The notes beneath the pieces were generated by a model. It searched no databases. It was not told the origin of the DNA and worked only from the letters and a program-made list of their open reading frames with translations. From NCBI GenBank assembly GCA_041664205.1, contig JBAYLF010000001.1, forward strand, positions 67,380 through 131,379: a stretch of DNA of 64,000 nucleotides, read 5' to 3'. Position 1 is the stretch's first letter; every line of letters starts with the position of its first letter. The stretch comes from Minisyncoccota bacterium. GTDB lineage: Bacteria; Patescibacteriota; Minisyncoccia; Phycocordibacterales; JBAYLF01. Positions 10,974 through 20,694 of the stretch are shown one piece after another. Made by a program: the position numbers and the translations under genes.

Positions 10974-12263
10974 ATGAAAGAAATAATTATTGTTGATGAT
11001 CTACCTGTTGAAACTCTTGCTATGTTGCAAGCTCTATATTCCAGAAGTCCTCGCAGTGTTAGAGAACATTTGGAACAAGTTAAAAAAGTTGGACCTGGAA
11101 AATTTATGGCTTCCTTTTATGTCGGTTATGGACATAAAAGCATTGGCGACTGTGGCACAACAAGCATTTTTATAGAAAATGTGAGTATGTTAGTCGCAAA
11201 AGCTATTCAAGATTGGCTGCTATATAAAGGTCAGGAAGCGAGCACTCGCTATCTGGATATGACAAAACAGCCGATCGTTAATCCTTTAGGAACCGAACAA
11301 GGAAAGAAAGTTCAAGATGAATGGATGAGTTTTTATGCTTATCTTCTTGAACAACTTATTCCTATATTAAAAGAACGTTTTCCAAGAGAAGAAGGCCAGG
11401 ACGAAAAGATTTGGACCAAAGCTGTAAATGCCAGAGCATTTGATATCGCGCGGAGTTTTCTTCCTGCAGGCACTGCCACCTTCTTAAGCTGGCATACAGA
11501 TATAAGGCAAGCAAATGACCATATTAAAGAATTGAGACACCACCCTCTTCAAGAAGTGCGTGAAATAGCTCAAGGAATGCTTGCAGCCTTAAGAGAAAAA
11601 TATCCTAATAGTTTTAGTCATAAAGAATATCCGGCTGAAGAATCGTATTTGGAGGAAACAGCAAAGGAAATAACTTACTTTGATGACCCTTCTATTATTC
11701 GTTTCGATTTCAGGCCAAAATTCGATCTACAAGGTTTATTAAAGTTTGAAAAACTTTTAGCTAGTCGACCTGCAAAATCTGAACTACATAGATTATTCAG
11801 AATGTATGGCGATATAACTTTTATCTTTCCTCTTGATTTCGGGTCATTCAGAGATATTCAGCGTCAAAGAAGCGTTATTCAACAAATGCCTTTATTAACC
11901 ACTAAATATGGTTTCCATCATTGGTATCTTGAACAACTGCCAGAAAATTTGCGCTTAGAAGCAGAAAGTTTCATCAATAGGCAAAAAAGAAAGATTGCCG
12001 AACTTGATACAACGCCAGAAATAGCTCAGTATTATACAGCAATGGGATTTATTGTTACATGCAAACTTGTCGCAACCTTGCCTGCTGCGGTTTATATTGC
12101 AGAATTAAGAACGTCCGATGCTGTTCATCCAACATTGCGTGCAATTGCACAAAAAATGGGTGAAGCTCTTAAAGCGTCTGTTCCAGGAATTGCTATACAT
12201 CATGATATGTCATCTGGATCCTGGAATATCAATAGAGGTAAACAAGATATTGTTCAAAAATAA
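10974..12263 (+). CDS. thyX: FAD-dependent thymidylate synthase (ThyX/Thy1, long two-domain type)
   Basis: YVGYGHKSIGD, EASTRY, FDIARSFLPAGT, DFGSFRDIQRQRS, YIAELRT..HPTLR; 429 aa. Confidence 0.8.
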   Translation: MKEIIIVDDLPVETLAMLQALYSRSPRSVREHLEQVKKVGPGKFMASFYVGYGHKSIGDCGTTSIFIENVSMLVAKAIQDWLLYKGQEASTRYLDMTKQPIVNPLGTEQGKKVQDEWMSFYAYLLEQLIPILKERFPREEGQDEKIWTKAVNARAFDIARSFLPAGTATFLSWHTDIRQANDHIKELRHHPLQEVREIAQGMLAALREKYPNSFSHKEYPAEESYLEETAKEITYFDDPSIIRFDFRPKFDLQGLLKFEKLLASRPAKSELHRLFRMYGDITFIFPLDFGSFRDIQRQRSVIQQMPLLTTKYGFHHWYLEQLPENLRLEAESFINRQKRKIAELDTTPEIAQYYTAMGFIVTCKLVATLPAAVYIAELRTSDAVHPTLRAIAQKMGEALKASVPGIAIHHDMSSGSWNINRGKQDIVQK

Positions 12264-12281
12264 TTATTTAAAATAATTTAA

Positions 12282-12315
12282 AACACCCTTTGAAATTTCG
12301 ATTTCAAAGGGTGTT
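12282..12315. terminator. Bidirectional terminator between convergent thyX and dCMP deaminase genes
   Basis: AACACCCTTTGAAAT..ATTTCAAAGGGTGTT inverted repeat. Confidence 0.75.
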
Positions 12316-12329
12316 ATTTTTTGGTAATT

Positions 12330-12881
12330 CTACATGTCAGAATACTCCGTCATTTTGTTATTAAGCAGTTCAAGTTTTACACCCGACTCTTTAAATCTTT
12401 TTTTGCTTTGCTCGCTCGCATGATAATCTTCTTTCGCCACTACACGCTTGATACCTGCATTTATAATACTCTTAGCACATGTGTAACAAGGCACCATTTT
12501 ACAATACAACGTTGCACCATCAGTGCTTATGCCAAATCGTGCAGCTTGTGTTATTGCGTTAAGCTCTGTGTGAACAGTGCGAATACAGTGCCGAGATTTT
12601 ACTCCGTCATCGCTTATCACAGTGTGCATTTCATGGCCATCTTCATCACAATGCTTACAACCAATCGGAGCACCAACATAGCCTGTGGAAATTATCCTTT
12701 TATCTTTCACTAATACAGAACCAGAACGACCCCGATCACAAGTACTTCGAGTTCCAACTACATCAACAATACTCATAAAATACTCGTCCCAAGAAGGTCT
12801 TTTATAAACTTCGGTTTTTTCGACTTCTGATTTAACTGCTTTTTTATTTATAACTTTCTTTTTTTTACTTTTATAAGCCAT
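12330..12881 (-). CDS. dCMP deaminase (ComEB-like zinc deaminase)
   Basis: RPSWDEYFM, RSTC, HTELNAI, PCYTC zinc ligands. Confidence 0.9.
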   Translation of the reverse strand: MAYKSKKKKVINKKAVKSEVEKTEVYKRPSWDEYFMSIVDVVGTRSTCDRGRSGSVLVKDKRIISTGYVGAPIGCKHCDEDGHEMHTVISDDGVKSRHCIRTVHTELNAITQAARFGISTDGATLYCKMVPCYTCAKSIINAGIKRVVAKEDYHASEQSKKRFKESGVKLELLNNKMTEYSDM

Positions 12882-13037
12882 GTAATATTAGCTTTTTAGA
12901 AATTAATAGCATAATAATATCCAATAGCCCCAAAACATCAATAAAAACTTTTAGTAGAAACTGATTTGCCTTTTATGTCTACTAAACAATAATCCTGTGA
13001 AGTTTTATTATAGTAATATAAATTTTAAAAAAATATC

Positions 13038-13670
13038 GTGTCTGTAATAACAAAAAGACAAATCTTAGAATACGTTAAAAAAGGAGAAATCGCTTTTACT
13101 CCCAATCTTGATAAGTTCCAGCTTCAAGAACATGCGGTTGATATGCGTCTCGGTTTTACCTTTCTTATACCTAAACATTGGCATCTAACCAAACTCGGCC
13201 GAGAATCGCTTGAGGTCAGCCATTTCAACAAGCCAAATGCAAAATTCTTCGATGTGGTAAATCTTAAAGAAGGACAATTTTTTGATCTTATGCCTCACGA
13301 GTTCGTTCTTGTTTCTACATTAGAGTCCATCAAAGTTCCGACAAACCTTATGGCGGTCCTCTATCCCCGATCTTCAACAAATCGCAAAGGACTTTCATTA
13401 GACTTAACTGGAATTATTGATTCCGGATACGAAGGACAATTGACACTCCCTATTAGAAACAATTCGCACTCACAAATAGTCCGCCTCTATCCAGGCGAAA
13501 GGATCTGCCAAGTAGTTTTCGAAGAACTTACAGAAAAAGTCTCGCCAAGACAGAGTAAATATCATAAAAAAGAAATAGTAGAAGGAGTGCTTTTAGAAAA
13601 AAAAGAGGAAGTAGATCAAATAATGAAAGGAAAACTGAAACATCTGAAAGAAAAATATAAAATTAAGTAA
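13038..13670 (+). CDS. dcd: dCTP deaminase
   Basis: VDMRLG, PRSSTNRKGL, GIIDSGYEGQLTL, PGERICQ, SKY motifs; GTG start. Confidence 0.9.
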   Translation: MSVITKRQILEYVKKGEIAFTPNLDKFQLQEHAVDMRLGFTFLIPKHWHLTKLGRESLEVSHFNKPNAKFFDVVNLKEGQFFDLMPHEFVLVSTLESIKVPTNLMAVLYPRSSTNRKGLSLDLTGIIDSGYEGQLTLPIRNNSHSQIVRLYPGERICQVVFEELTEKVSPRQSKYHKKEIVEGVLLEKKEEVDQIMKGKLKHLKEKYKIK

Positions 13671-13721
13671 ATGAAAACGCCGACATGCTCAATGTCGACG
13701 TTCCTTACATCTAAAAAATTC

Positions 13722-14027
13722 TTATCCTTTTTTACGAGCCAATTCTTTGGCTTTATTTAATTCTTTTCTTGTTGGTCTCCTGTCTCGATAGTATACAAGT
13801 TTCAAGATCGTAATAACTTCCTGATTATTTCCATCTTTAATCACTACGAAATAACGTCTATCGACTTCACTATAAAACAAAAGATGAACTATATTTTTTT
13901 CTTCTCGGCCAACAACCACAACCCGTTTAGAATCAATCAAATCTCTAACTTCGTCAGTGGTCATGCTTACTCGCTGACGCTTTCCACCTAAAGCCCTTCT
14001 GCAAGCATGTTCAGTAAAAGTTGTTAT
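13722..14027 (-). CDS. Small basic ORFan, possibly DUF4258/RelE-like fold; probable ATA start upstream of the tracked ATG (13964)
   Basis: In-frame upstream extension ITTFTEHACRR..; AAGGAG lies 8 nt before ATA at 14027; C-terminal VVIKD..EVITI. Confidence 0.5.
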   Translation of the reverse strand: MTTFTEHACRRALGGKRQRVSMTTDEVRDLIDSKRVVVVGREEKNIVHLLFYSEVDRRYFVVIKDGNNQEVITILKLVYYRDRRPTRKELNKAKELARKKG

Positions 14028-14142
14028 AAAATCATCTCCTTTCTATTATTGTTCTGAGGATATAATACTACTGATTCCAACAAAAGCTAGGAGTAAAAAC
14101 AAAAAAGACCGGCGTATTACGCAACGGTCTTTAATATATATT

Positions 14143-14427
14143 CTAAATTACTCCTATTCTATAACGCCAGCTTTCTGAAATACCCGGCTTACAGCAAAAA
14201 TAGGCTTTGCCAATCTGATTAAATTCACCTTCCATTATTATTAAATTGATTTCCTTAAGTATTTCTCTAATAGACTCTGTTAAGTCCTCTTTCGATAAGC
14301 CTGTTCTATTCATCAAAGTATAACCATCCATACCTTGACCCTCTAATATTAGAAAGATTGTTATAATGTTTTCTATAATAATAGGAACTCTATCATTTTT
14401 TTCTCTTAATAATCTAACGATTAACAT
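14143..14427 (-). CDS. Hypothetical small protein (ORFan, possible wHTH-like); start likely ATG 14427
   Basis: GGAGGT 7 nt upstream of ATG 14427; terminator at 14099-14131. Confidence 0.55.
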   Translation of the reverse strand: MLIVRLLREKNDRVPIIIENIITIFLILEGQGMDGYTLMNRTGLSKEDLTESIREILKEINLIIMEGEFNQIGKAYFCCKPGISESWRYRIGVI

Positions 14428-14479
14428 ACTTGCTACCTCCATAGAAAAACTTAACACACCAACTTAAAAATACAAATGT

Positions 14480-14520
14480 AAAAACAAAAAATCGGCACTT
14501 CTGCCGACTTTTTGTTTTTT
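14480..14520. terminator. Terminator directly after rplK
   Basis: AAAAACAAAAAATCGGCA..TGCCGACTTTTTGTTTTT. Confidence 0.75.
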
Positions 14521-14530
14521 ATTTAAAGTC

Positions 14531-14956
14531 TTACTTTGTGATTTCTACTCCCATCGCTCTGCATGATCCTTCGATAATCTTCATTGCTGCTTCTATTGTA
14601 TTTGCGTTTAGGTCTGGCATTTTTTTCTCAGCAATCTGGCGAACCTGCTCTTTTGTGATTTTGCCAATCTTTTTTGTATTTGGTTGACCTGAACCCTTTT
14701 CTTTTCCTAAAGCTTTAAGAATAAGATTAGTTGCTGGAGATGTCTTTAATACAAAAGTGAATGTTCTGTCTTCATAGACTGAAATTTCAACTGGTATCAC
14801 ATCGCCTGCCATCTTTGCGGTAGCGTCATTAAATTGCTTAACGAATTCTCCAATATTAACACCAGCCTGACCTAATGCAGGACCAACTGGAGGAGCTGGA
14901 GTTGCTTTACCTCCCGCTATCTGTAGTTTTAATTTTTTTGTTACTTTTTTTGCCAT
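14531..14956 (-). CDS. rplK: 50S ribosomal protein L11
   Basis: [33 protein letters not shown]. Confidence 0.98.
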   Translation of the reverse strand: MAKKVTKKLKLQIAGGKATPAPPVGPALGQAGVNIGEFVKQFNDATAKMAGDVIPVEISVYEDRTFTFVLKTSPATNLILKALGKEKGSGQPNTKKIGKITKEQVRQIAEKKMPDLNANTIEAAMKIIEGSCRAMGVEITK

Positions 14957-14982
14957 AAATTTGTATTGAATAATAGCTTACC

Positions 14983-15528
14983 TTATATCTTTTTTACTTG
15001 CAAGAAATCGAGTTCAACTGGAGTTTCGCGTCCAAACATTGAAACCAGAACCTTAACCTTACCTCTTTCCTCATCGACTCCATCAACTTTTCCTTCAAGT
15101 TCTTTGAATGGACCATCAACGATGATAACTGAATCACCTGGTTGTAGATCAATCTTGTGTTTAATAATATCAGAACTCATTCTCTTGAATAACTCATCTA
15201 CTTCTTTCTGATCTAAAGGAACAGGATAAACTCCTGAACCTACGAAGCCAGTAACGCGAGGGGTATTTCGGACAACATACCAAGAATCATCTGTTACTAC
15301 CATATCAACAAGAATATAACCGGGATAAATTTTTTCTTCTTCTTCAACACGTTTGCCACCTTTTATCTTTATCTTTTTTTCGATAGGAACGAGCACATTA
15401 AAGATCTTATCCTCCATACTCAAGGACTCAATTCTCTGTTTCAAGTTTCTAGCAACAGCATTTTCATAACCTGCATAGGTATGAATTGCGTACCAGTTTC
15501 TTTCGCTGTGAATTTGTTGTTTTGACAT
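14983..15528 (-). CDS. nusG: Transcription termination/antitermination factor NusG
   Basis: WYAIHTYAGYE, IYPGYILV, VRNTPRVTGFVG, KOW motif, FGRETPVELDF. Confidence 0.98.
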   Translation of the reverse strand: MSKQQIHSERNWYAIHTYAGYENAVARNLKQRIESLSMEDKIFNVLVPIEKKIKIKGGKRVEEEEKIYPGYILVDMVVTDDSWYVVRNTPRVTGFVGSGVYPVPLDQKEVDELFKRMSSDIIKHKIDLQPGDSVIIVDGPFKELEGKVDGVDEERGKVKVLVSMFGRETPVELDFLQVKKI

Positions 15529-15533
15529 AATGA

Positions 15534-15722
15534 TTACGCCTTAAGAATAAAAGCTTTGAGAATGTATGAAAATACATAATCAAAAAAACCTAAAAACATA
15601 GCCACTAAAATTGATAATACTATAACAATTACAGTAAAGATTGTAGCTTGTTTTCTTGTGGGCCAATTTACATGCTTCATCTCTGCTCTTGTTTCTTTTA
15701 TATATTCTGTAGCTTTTGACAT
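15534..15722 (-). CDS. secE: Preprotein translocase SecE
   Basis: EMKHVNWPTR plus one TM helix, upstream of nusG. Confidence 0.95.
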   Translation of the reverse strand: MSKATEYIKETRAEMKHVNWPTRKQATIFTVIVIVLSILVAMFLGFFDYVFSYILKAFILKA

Positions 15723-15855
15723 AAAATTTTATAATTTTTCTTAATAAAAAACCCCTTCCGGGGTGTCATTGAATATCTACATATTATTACTATAACACTT
15801 AAAAGTCAATACCTTTCAGCAAACTTACTTATAAAGTAAAACTTTTCCTAACTAA

Positions 15856-16299
15856 TTGACGCTAAGCTTATATCTAGGCTATATTGGATACAGAAAAATG
15901 AAAAATTCAGAATCAGAAGAAGATAAAAGATCTTTAACGGAAGTTTTATTTATAATAACTTTCAAGCCCCAAATTTTAAGTGAAAAAAGAAACTTTTCTA
16001 AAGTTCTTATCGAAAGCATATATGAATCTTTAGTTTCTAGAAATCTCATAAAAGCTTACCAAATAGGAGAAAAGGATCAGAAATTTAATGGCATTGTTTA
16101 CATTCATGCATACAGTAATAATCAAGAATTAGTTGATAAAATACTTGTATTATACTCAGTATTTCATTACTTTAAATGGAAAATTTCCTACGACATTCCC
16201 TACTATATTCCTTTAAATTTAAAGAATAAGTTAAGTTTGTGGCAGAAAATAATTAACTTCTTTTGTAAGTTTTTTAGACTAAATTCGATATTTACATAA
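15856..16299 (+). CDS. Hypothetical protein (ORFan); real start possibly ATG 15898
   Basis: ORF followed by hairpin 16313-16341; no motif. Confidence 0.5.
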   Translation: MTLSLYLGYIGYRKMKNSESEEDKRSLTEVLFIITFKPQILSEKRNFSKVLIESIYESLVSRNLIKAYQIGEKDQKFNGIVYIHAYSNNQELVDKILVLYSVFHYFKWKISYDIPYYIPLNLKNKLSLWQKIINFFCKFFRLNSIFT

Positions 16300-16437
16300 A
16301 GAAATTATTAATAAATTACCCCATTTTTTATGGGGTAATTTTTATAAACTGTAATTTTCATATTTTAAAAACTACTTTTTAAAAATTTGACAGACTTGAC
16401 TTTTTACAGTAGAAAACTATACTGAATCCAGACAAAT

Positions 16438-16713
16438 ATGAAAACAGCAGAATTCAAAAATCCGATAGTATTTTGTATAAAATTTAATACAGCCGTTGAT
16501 GTTGGCACTGTAGACAAATTAATGGGCTCAATATTGAAAGAGAGCGGTTGTCTAGGAGCATATGATTCCGAAAGCAAGCCTGATGAAAAACGCGTTCCAA
16601 GATTTGATGGAAAAACAGCTCATCTTCATGTTGAAAAAAGCCGGCAGAAAAAAATTGAAAAAATTCTAAATGACTACGCCATAATTTACAATTTTGGCTG
16701 GAAATTAGAATAA
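16438..16713 (+). CDS. Hypothetical small protein (ORFan)
   Basis: 91 aa ORF with upstream promoter-like boxes and downstream hairpin 16746-16775. Confidence 0.55.
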   Translation: MKTAEFKNPIVFCIKFNTAVDVGTVDKLMGSILKESGCLGAYDSESKPDEKRVPRFDGKTAHLHVEKSRQKKIEKILNDYAIIYNFGWKLE

Positions 16714-16842
16714 CACCCTCTTCAATTAATTCAATAAGAACCTTCAAAGGACTCAGAATTTTCTGAGTCCTTTTTTTAATTTAATTAAAATCACTCGATT
16801 ATTGATAATCGAGTGATTTTTTATTTAGTTCAACAAAGCAGA

Positions 16843-17688
16843 CTATCTTATTTCATATACTATCGAAACATTTGAAGTGATCTTCTGTTCACCTACTGAT
16901 ATTTCTGGAGATGGCATTGCTTCACCTCTACCACTACTATCTAATGACATCACAGCTTTAGAATACATAGGCACTGCATAGTTTCCTCCTTCGTTAAAAC
17001 TTACAACTCTTCCTATCTTTACACCAAGATCTTTCGCTAAAATCTTAGCCTGATTTTTTGCATCATCTATCGCCAACTTTCGAGCGTTATGTTGAAGATC
17101 GTCATACTTATCAACTTCAAAATTTAAGCTTGATACATTTTGCACTTCAAGTTGTCCTATACCTGAAAGGATATCTCCTGCCTTTTCTGTATTGCGAATC
17201 TTTACTTGAACAGTCTGACTAACACTGTAACTCTTAAGCACTCTTTCTCCTGTGACTGGAGGGCAACTATATTGAGTGCACGGCATTGCAATAGCCCTTG
17301 TTACATAATCATAATTTGGATATACGCTGTAATCAGTAGTTTTAATATCTTTATCTTCTATTCCCTGATCTTTTAGATATTTTATAGCTTTATTTCCCTT
17401 TTCAGTTGATTTCTTCTGCGCTTCAGAAACTGTCTTTGCTTCTTCTGTTACAGAATAAGTGAATGTTGCAATATCTGGAATAGCCATAACTTCTCCCTTA
17501 CCAGAAACTGAAATAGTATTCACAGCTGGTTTACCAGCAGAAATATAAGGATATGACCATATCTCACTTACTGTTTTCGCAACAAGGAAAAGAGATAGAG
17601 CTACACCAACAATAACTAAAACTTTTTTAAAATGACCATGATGATGCATGCACATTTTATCTTTGTTTTCTTCGCACATATTACACAT
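16843..17688 (-). CDS. SIMPL/DUF541 (YggE-like) protein
   Basis: TM anchor, ISVSGKGEVMAIPDIA, DIKT, AIDDAKNQAKILAKDLGV, GEQKITSNVSIVYEI. Confidence 0.9.
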   Translation of the reverse strand: MCNMCEENKDKMCMHHHGHFKKVLVIVGVALSLFLVAKTVSEIWSYPYISAGKPAVNTISVSGKGEVMAIPDIATFTYSVTEEAKTVSEAQKKSTEKGNKAIKYLKDQGIEDKDIKTTDYSVYPNYDYVTRAIAMPCTQYSCPPVTGERVLKSYSVSQTVQVKIRNTEKAGDILSGIGQLEVQNVSSLNFEVDKYDDLQHNARKLAIDDAKNQAKILAKDLGVKIGRVVSFNEGGNYAVPMYSKAVMSLDSSGRGEAMPSPEISVGEQKITSNVSIVYEIR

Positions 17689-17780
17689 ATAAATTTTATT
17701 TAAATAATAATTATTTAGATCTATTAAGTAATAAACCTATTAAGTTTTATTTTAACATACTTACCTCCTTAATATCTACT

Positions 17781-19103
17781 TTATATTATCTCTTTGCCTT
17801 CTTTGTAGTCAGAAGATTTTGAGACCATTAATCGATAAAGAAACGGAAGAAACTTTCTTTCAAGATGTTTCAACAAATTAAAGGCTAAAATAAAGAAGGT
17901 TAACAAAAATACACCTAAAGAAATACCTCCTAAAACATCTGAAAGCCATTGCGCTCTAAGATAGATCATCGAAAATCCAACGCCCACTATAATAAGGATC
18001 GTAAAAATCATAAATACTATTCTTTCCCAATTTTTAGTGATGTCTTTCCTGTAAGAATAAAATATCGATAGGAACAAAATTGTAGCCATTAAGGTGTGAC
18101 CACTAGGAAAACTAAAACCTGAAGCAGCTATCAAGCTGTTGGCAGGCCTCATAGTGTGAAAAATAATTTTTATAACAAGCTCTGAAAATGCTCCGACTAA
18201 TAAAGCCGATAGTGTTACAAAGAGGTGAAATAATTTTTTATAGTAAATTAGTGATATGCAAAAAATCGCTGATAATATAAACGTAACAATAGGTCCTCCT
18301 AAATGAGTAAAGATCTTAAATATTTCTACAGTAAAAGGGTTATAAAGTTTTTCAACAAACAAATTAACTTGTTCATCTAATTGAATAAGCCAGCCAGTAT
18401 GAGTCAGTATTCTTTCCGTGAGCTCTGAAAATATATAAAGAGAAAGAATGTTCAAAGTAATTACAGGCAAATGATATCTAAATAAAATTTCCCTATTTCT
18501 ATAAATAGATTTATAGGCATAAATAATAAGAATTGCAGCAACAAAAGCTAAAAGAAAGGCGGTTCCCACAAAAGGAGCGATAATTTCATAACTTTGGCCA
18601 AATATATAACCTATTCCTAAATGAACAGAAACCCATAAAAATGCTCCAAAAAAATTTACAGTAAATACCTTTAGAAACCTGACATGCGAAACGCCTGCTA
18701 AAAATGACATGAGTGTTCTTGTAACTGGATTAAAACGTCCCAACAAAAGTGTCTTTATAAGATGTTTGTTTACAAGAGATCTAGTTTTTTCCAAAGTTTC
18801 TTCAGGCAAATAAAAATATTTGCCATAAGATCGCAAAAAAGAATAGCCGAATTGCCTTCCTAAAATATAACCTATTAAATCACCTACAATCGCGCCAAGA
18901 AAAGCAAAAACAAAAAGTTCTCCGAAATTTAAGATACCTCCTTTCGCAAAAAAACCGGCAGCCATTGTTATAATTCCTCCAGGTATAAAAAAACCAACTA
19001 TTGGAATATTTTCCAAAGCGATCGCCATAAAAACAATCACATACCCCCACCAACCCAAGGCGGATGATACTAAGTGAATAAGCTGTTGATCTATAACCAT
19101 CAT
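17781..19103 (-). CDS. DedA/VTT plus PAP2 phosphatase fusion membrane protein
   Basis: LENIPIVGFFIPG, GDLIGY..G, GRF (DedA); K..RP, FSFPSGH (PAP2); third motif reads SMIYLRAQWLSDV. Confidence 0.88.
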   Translation of the reverse strand: MMVIDQQLIHLVSSALGWWGYVIVFMAIALENIPIVGFFIPGGIITMAAGFFAKGGILNFGELFVFAFLGAIVGDLIGYILGRQFGYSFLRSYGKYFYLPEETLEKTRSLVNKHLIKTLLLGRFNPVTRTLMSFLAGVSHVRFLKVFTVNFFGAFLWVSVHLGIGYIFGQSYEIIAPFVGTAFLLAFVAAILIIYAYKSIYRNREILFRYHLPVITLNILSLYIFSELTERILTHTGWLIQLDEQVNLFVEKLYNPFTVEIFKIFTHLGGPIVTFILSAIFCISLIYYKKLFHLFVTLSALLVGAFSELVIKIIFHTMRPANSLIAASGFSFPSGHTLMATILFLSIFYSYRKDITKNWERIVFMIFTILIIVGVGFSMIYLRAQWLSDVLGGISLGVFLLTFFILAFNLLKHLERKFLPFLYRLMVSKSSDYKEGKEII

Positions 19104-19121
19104 AAAAATAAGAAGTTAACC

Positions 19122-19808
19122 CTACATTGATTTAGATTCAATGTCTCTTCCATAATCATTCCAAGCTAATACTTTCCAACCTTTGGTTTCATTCTTTTTT
19201 TCTTTTGGAACATATTCGCACAAAGTGATACCGGCATTATTCATAGGGTTATGAAAACTCAACCTAGCATAATCTTCTGCTGTAAGTTTTTCTCTGTAAA
19301 GCATGAATGAAACTACCATTTTAAGAAAGATTGCGTGAGTAACTATAACTATCTGCGTCTCCTTTCTTTTTGCAATAAAATCCAAAAGTTTGCTAGCGCG
19401 CTCCTTCATATCTTCAAAATTCTCCTCATCAGAGTAGCGTAGATCATTTGTGTGAAAACTTTTATCAATTAAATCTACAATTTTTTTAACTTCAGGATCA
19501 TCGCCTCTTTTGCCAACTATTTCTGAAGGATTTCGTCTTTCTTTCAACAAATCAGTATATTCTATTTTTTTATTATTAAGTTCCTTTGAAATAATTTTCG
19601 AAGTTTCTACTGTTCTTTCATAAGGACTGGAAATAATAATCTGAATAGGAAAATTTGATAAACGAGCACCAACAAAAAGAGCTTGCTCTCTGCCCTTTTC
19701 GCTCAACTTACCTTCAGGACCTTGCCTTACATGAGCAGCGTTATTCTCAGTCTCTCCATGACGAACTAGATAGATTCTTTTAGGTTTTTTAAAGAAAAAG
19801 AAAAACAT
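19122..19808 (-). CDS. Histidine phosphatase (PGM-like) family protein
   Basis: LVRHGET, SSPYERTVET, L.ER, IVTHA, WND. Confidence 0.9.
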   Translation of the reverse strand: MFFFFFKKPKRIYLVRHGETENNAAHVRQGPEGKLSEKGREQALFVGARLSNFPIQIIISSPYERTVETSKIISKELNNKKIEYTDLLKERRNPSEIVGKRGDDPEVKKIVDLIDKSFHTNDLRYSDEENFEDMKERASKLLDFIAKRKETQIVIVTHAIFLKMVVSFMLYREKLTAEDYARLSFHNPMNNAGITLCEYVPKEKKNETKGWKVLAWNDYGRDIESKSM

Positions 19809-19919
19809 AGTAAAAAATAATTAGATGTTAAAAGTATATCAATTTTTTATTGAAAATCCTAAAAATATTAAACGAAAACCCCGCTAAATTTAGCGGGGTT
19901 ATAAAAAATATAGTCTAAA

Positions 19920-20537
19920 CTAACTTGGCTTTACGAGAATAAAACAATCCGTATCATCCAATCTCAATCCAAACCATGTCATGTTGAGTTTCCAATGAAA
20001 CTTAATTTGTTTGTTCCAAATTTTACTAACACGACCAAAGACATGAGGATCAACGACTCTCTTATTATAACTTGGTCTGGTAGATAAATTTCTCTCGATA
20101 TCTAAAGATGACAACCACTTACCTTCAGGAAAATACTCTTTTTTAAGTCGCCAAACAAGAGATAAACCTTGCATGCCGACTAAAAGCGCACCGTTCTTTC
20201 TGAGAAAATCCAGACAATCATTTACGGAAGTCGGAGTATTAACTTGAAATATCTGAACGGAATAGGTCCTTCCAGGCTCAAGTCTGTTACTCACTCTTTG
20301 AAAATCTTCATCAAGCATTTTTTTGGGTAAAATGATCCTTTCACATTGATCACTTCTTTTACCTTTATCTTTAGAAGCTTCTGTGAAAAATGAACTGACT
20401 TGTGTTCTATGTTCATAATCCAAAGGAATTGTCAGATAAAAACCACCAACAAGATCGAACCTTGAATCAAGGTGACTTATTAACGGTATTTCTGAAGTAA
20501 TAGTATCAGTAATTTCTATCGTTTCTATTTCTGTCAT
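19920..20537 (-). CDS. Hypothetical protein, paralog of 20695-21303
   Basis: Shares GGFYLTIP, TQVSSF, DCLDFL.KNGALLVGMQGL, FPEG.WL.SLD, KFHWKL, DCFILVKPS with its neighbour. Confidence 0.8.
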   Translation of the reverse strand: MTEIETIEITDTITSEIPLISHLDSRFDLVGGFYLTIPLDYEHRTQVSSFFTEASKDKGKRSDQCERIILPKKMLDEDFQRVSNRLEPGRTYSVQIFQVNTPTSVNDCLDFLRKNGALLVGMQGLSLVWRLKKEYFPEGKWLSSLDIERNLSTRPSYNKRVVDPHVFGRVSKIWNKQIKFHWKLNMTWFGLRLDDTDCFILVKPS

Positions 20538-20549
20538 AGTGTTTTTTCA

Positions 20550-20584
20550 ATTTATCACATTGGTTTGAAACCAATGTGATAAAT
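20550..20584. repeat. Perfect palindrome with 17-bp arms in the 5' leader of 19920-20537
   Basis: ATTTATCACATTGGTTT-G-AAACCAATGTGATAAAT. Confidence 0.9.
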
Positions 20585-20694
20585 CTTTCTGCAAGTAGTA
20601 ATATCACACTTTTTTTAAGTTAGCAATATTAATTCTTAAATAAAACCCTCTGCTAGATTTAGCAGAGGGTTAAAAACACTATATAATATTTAAA

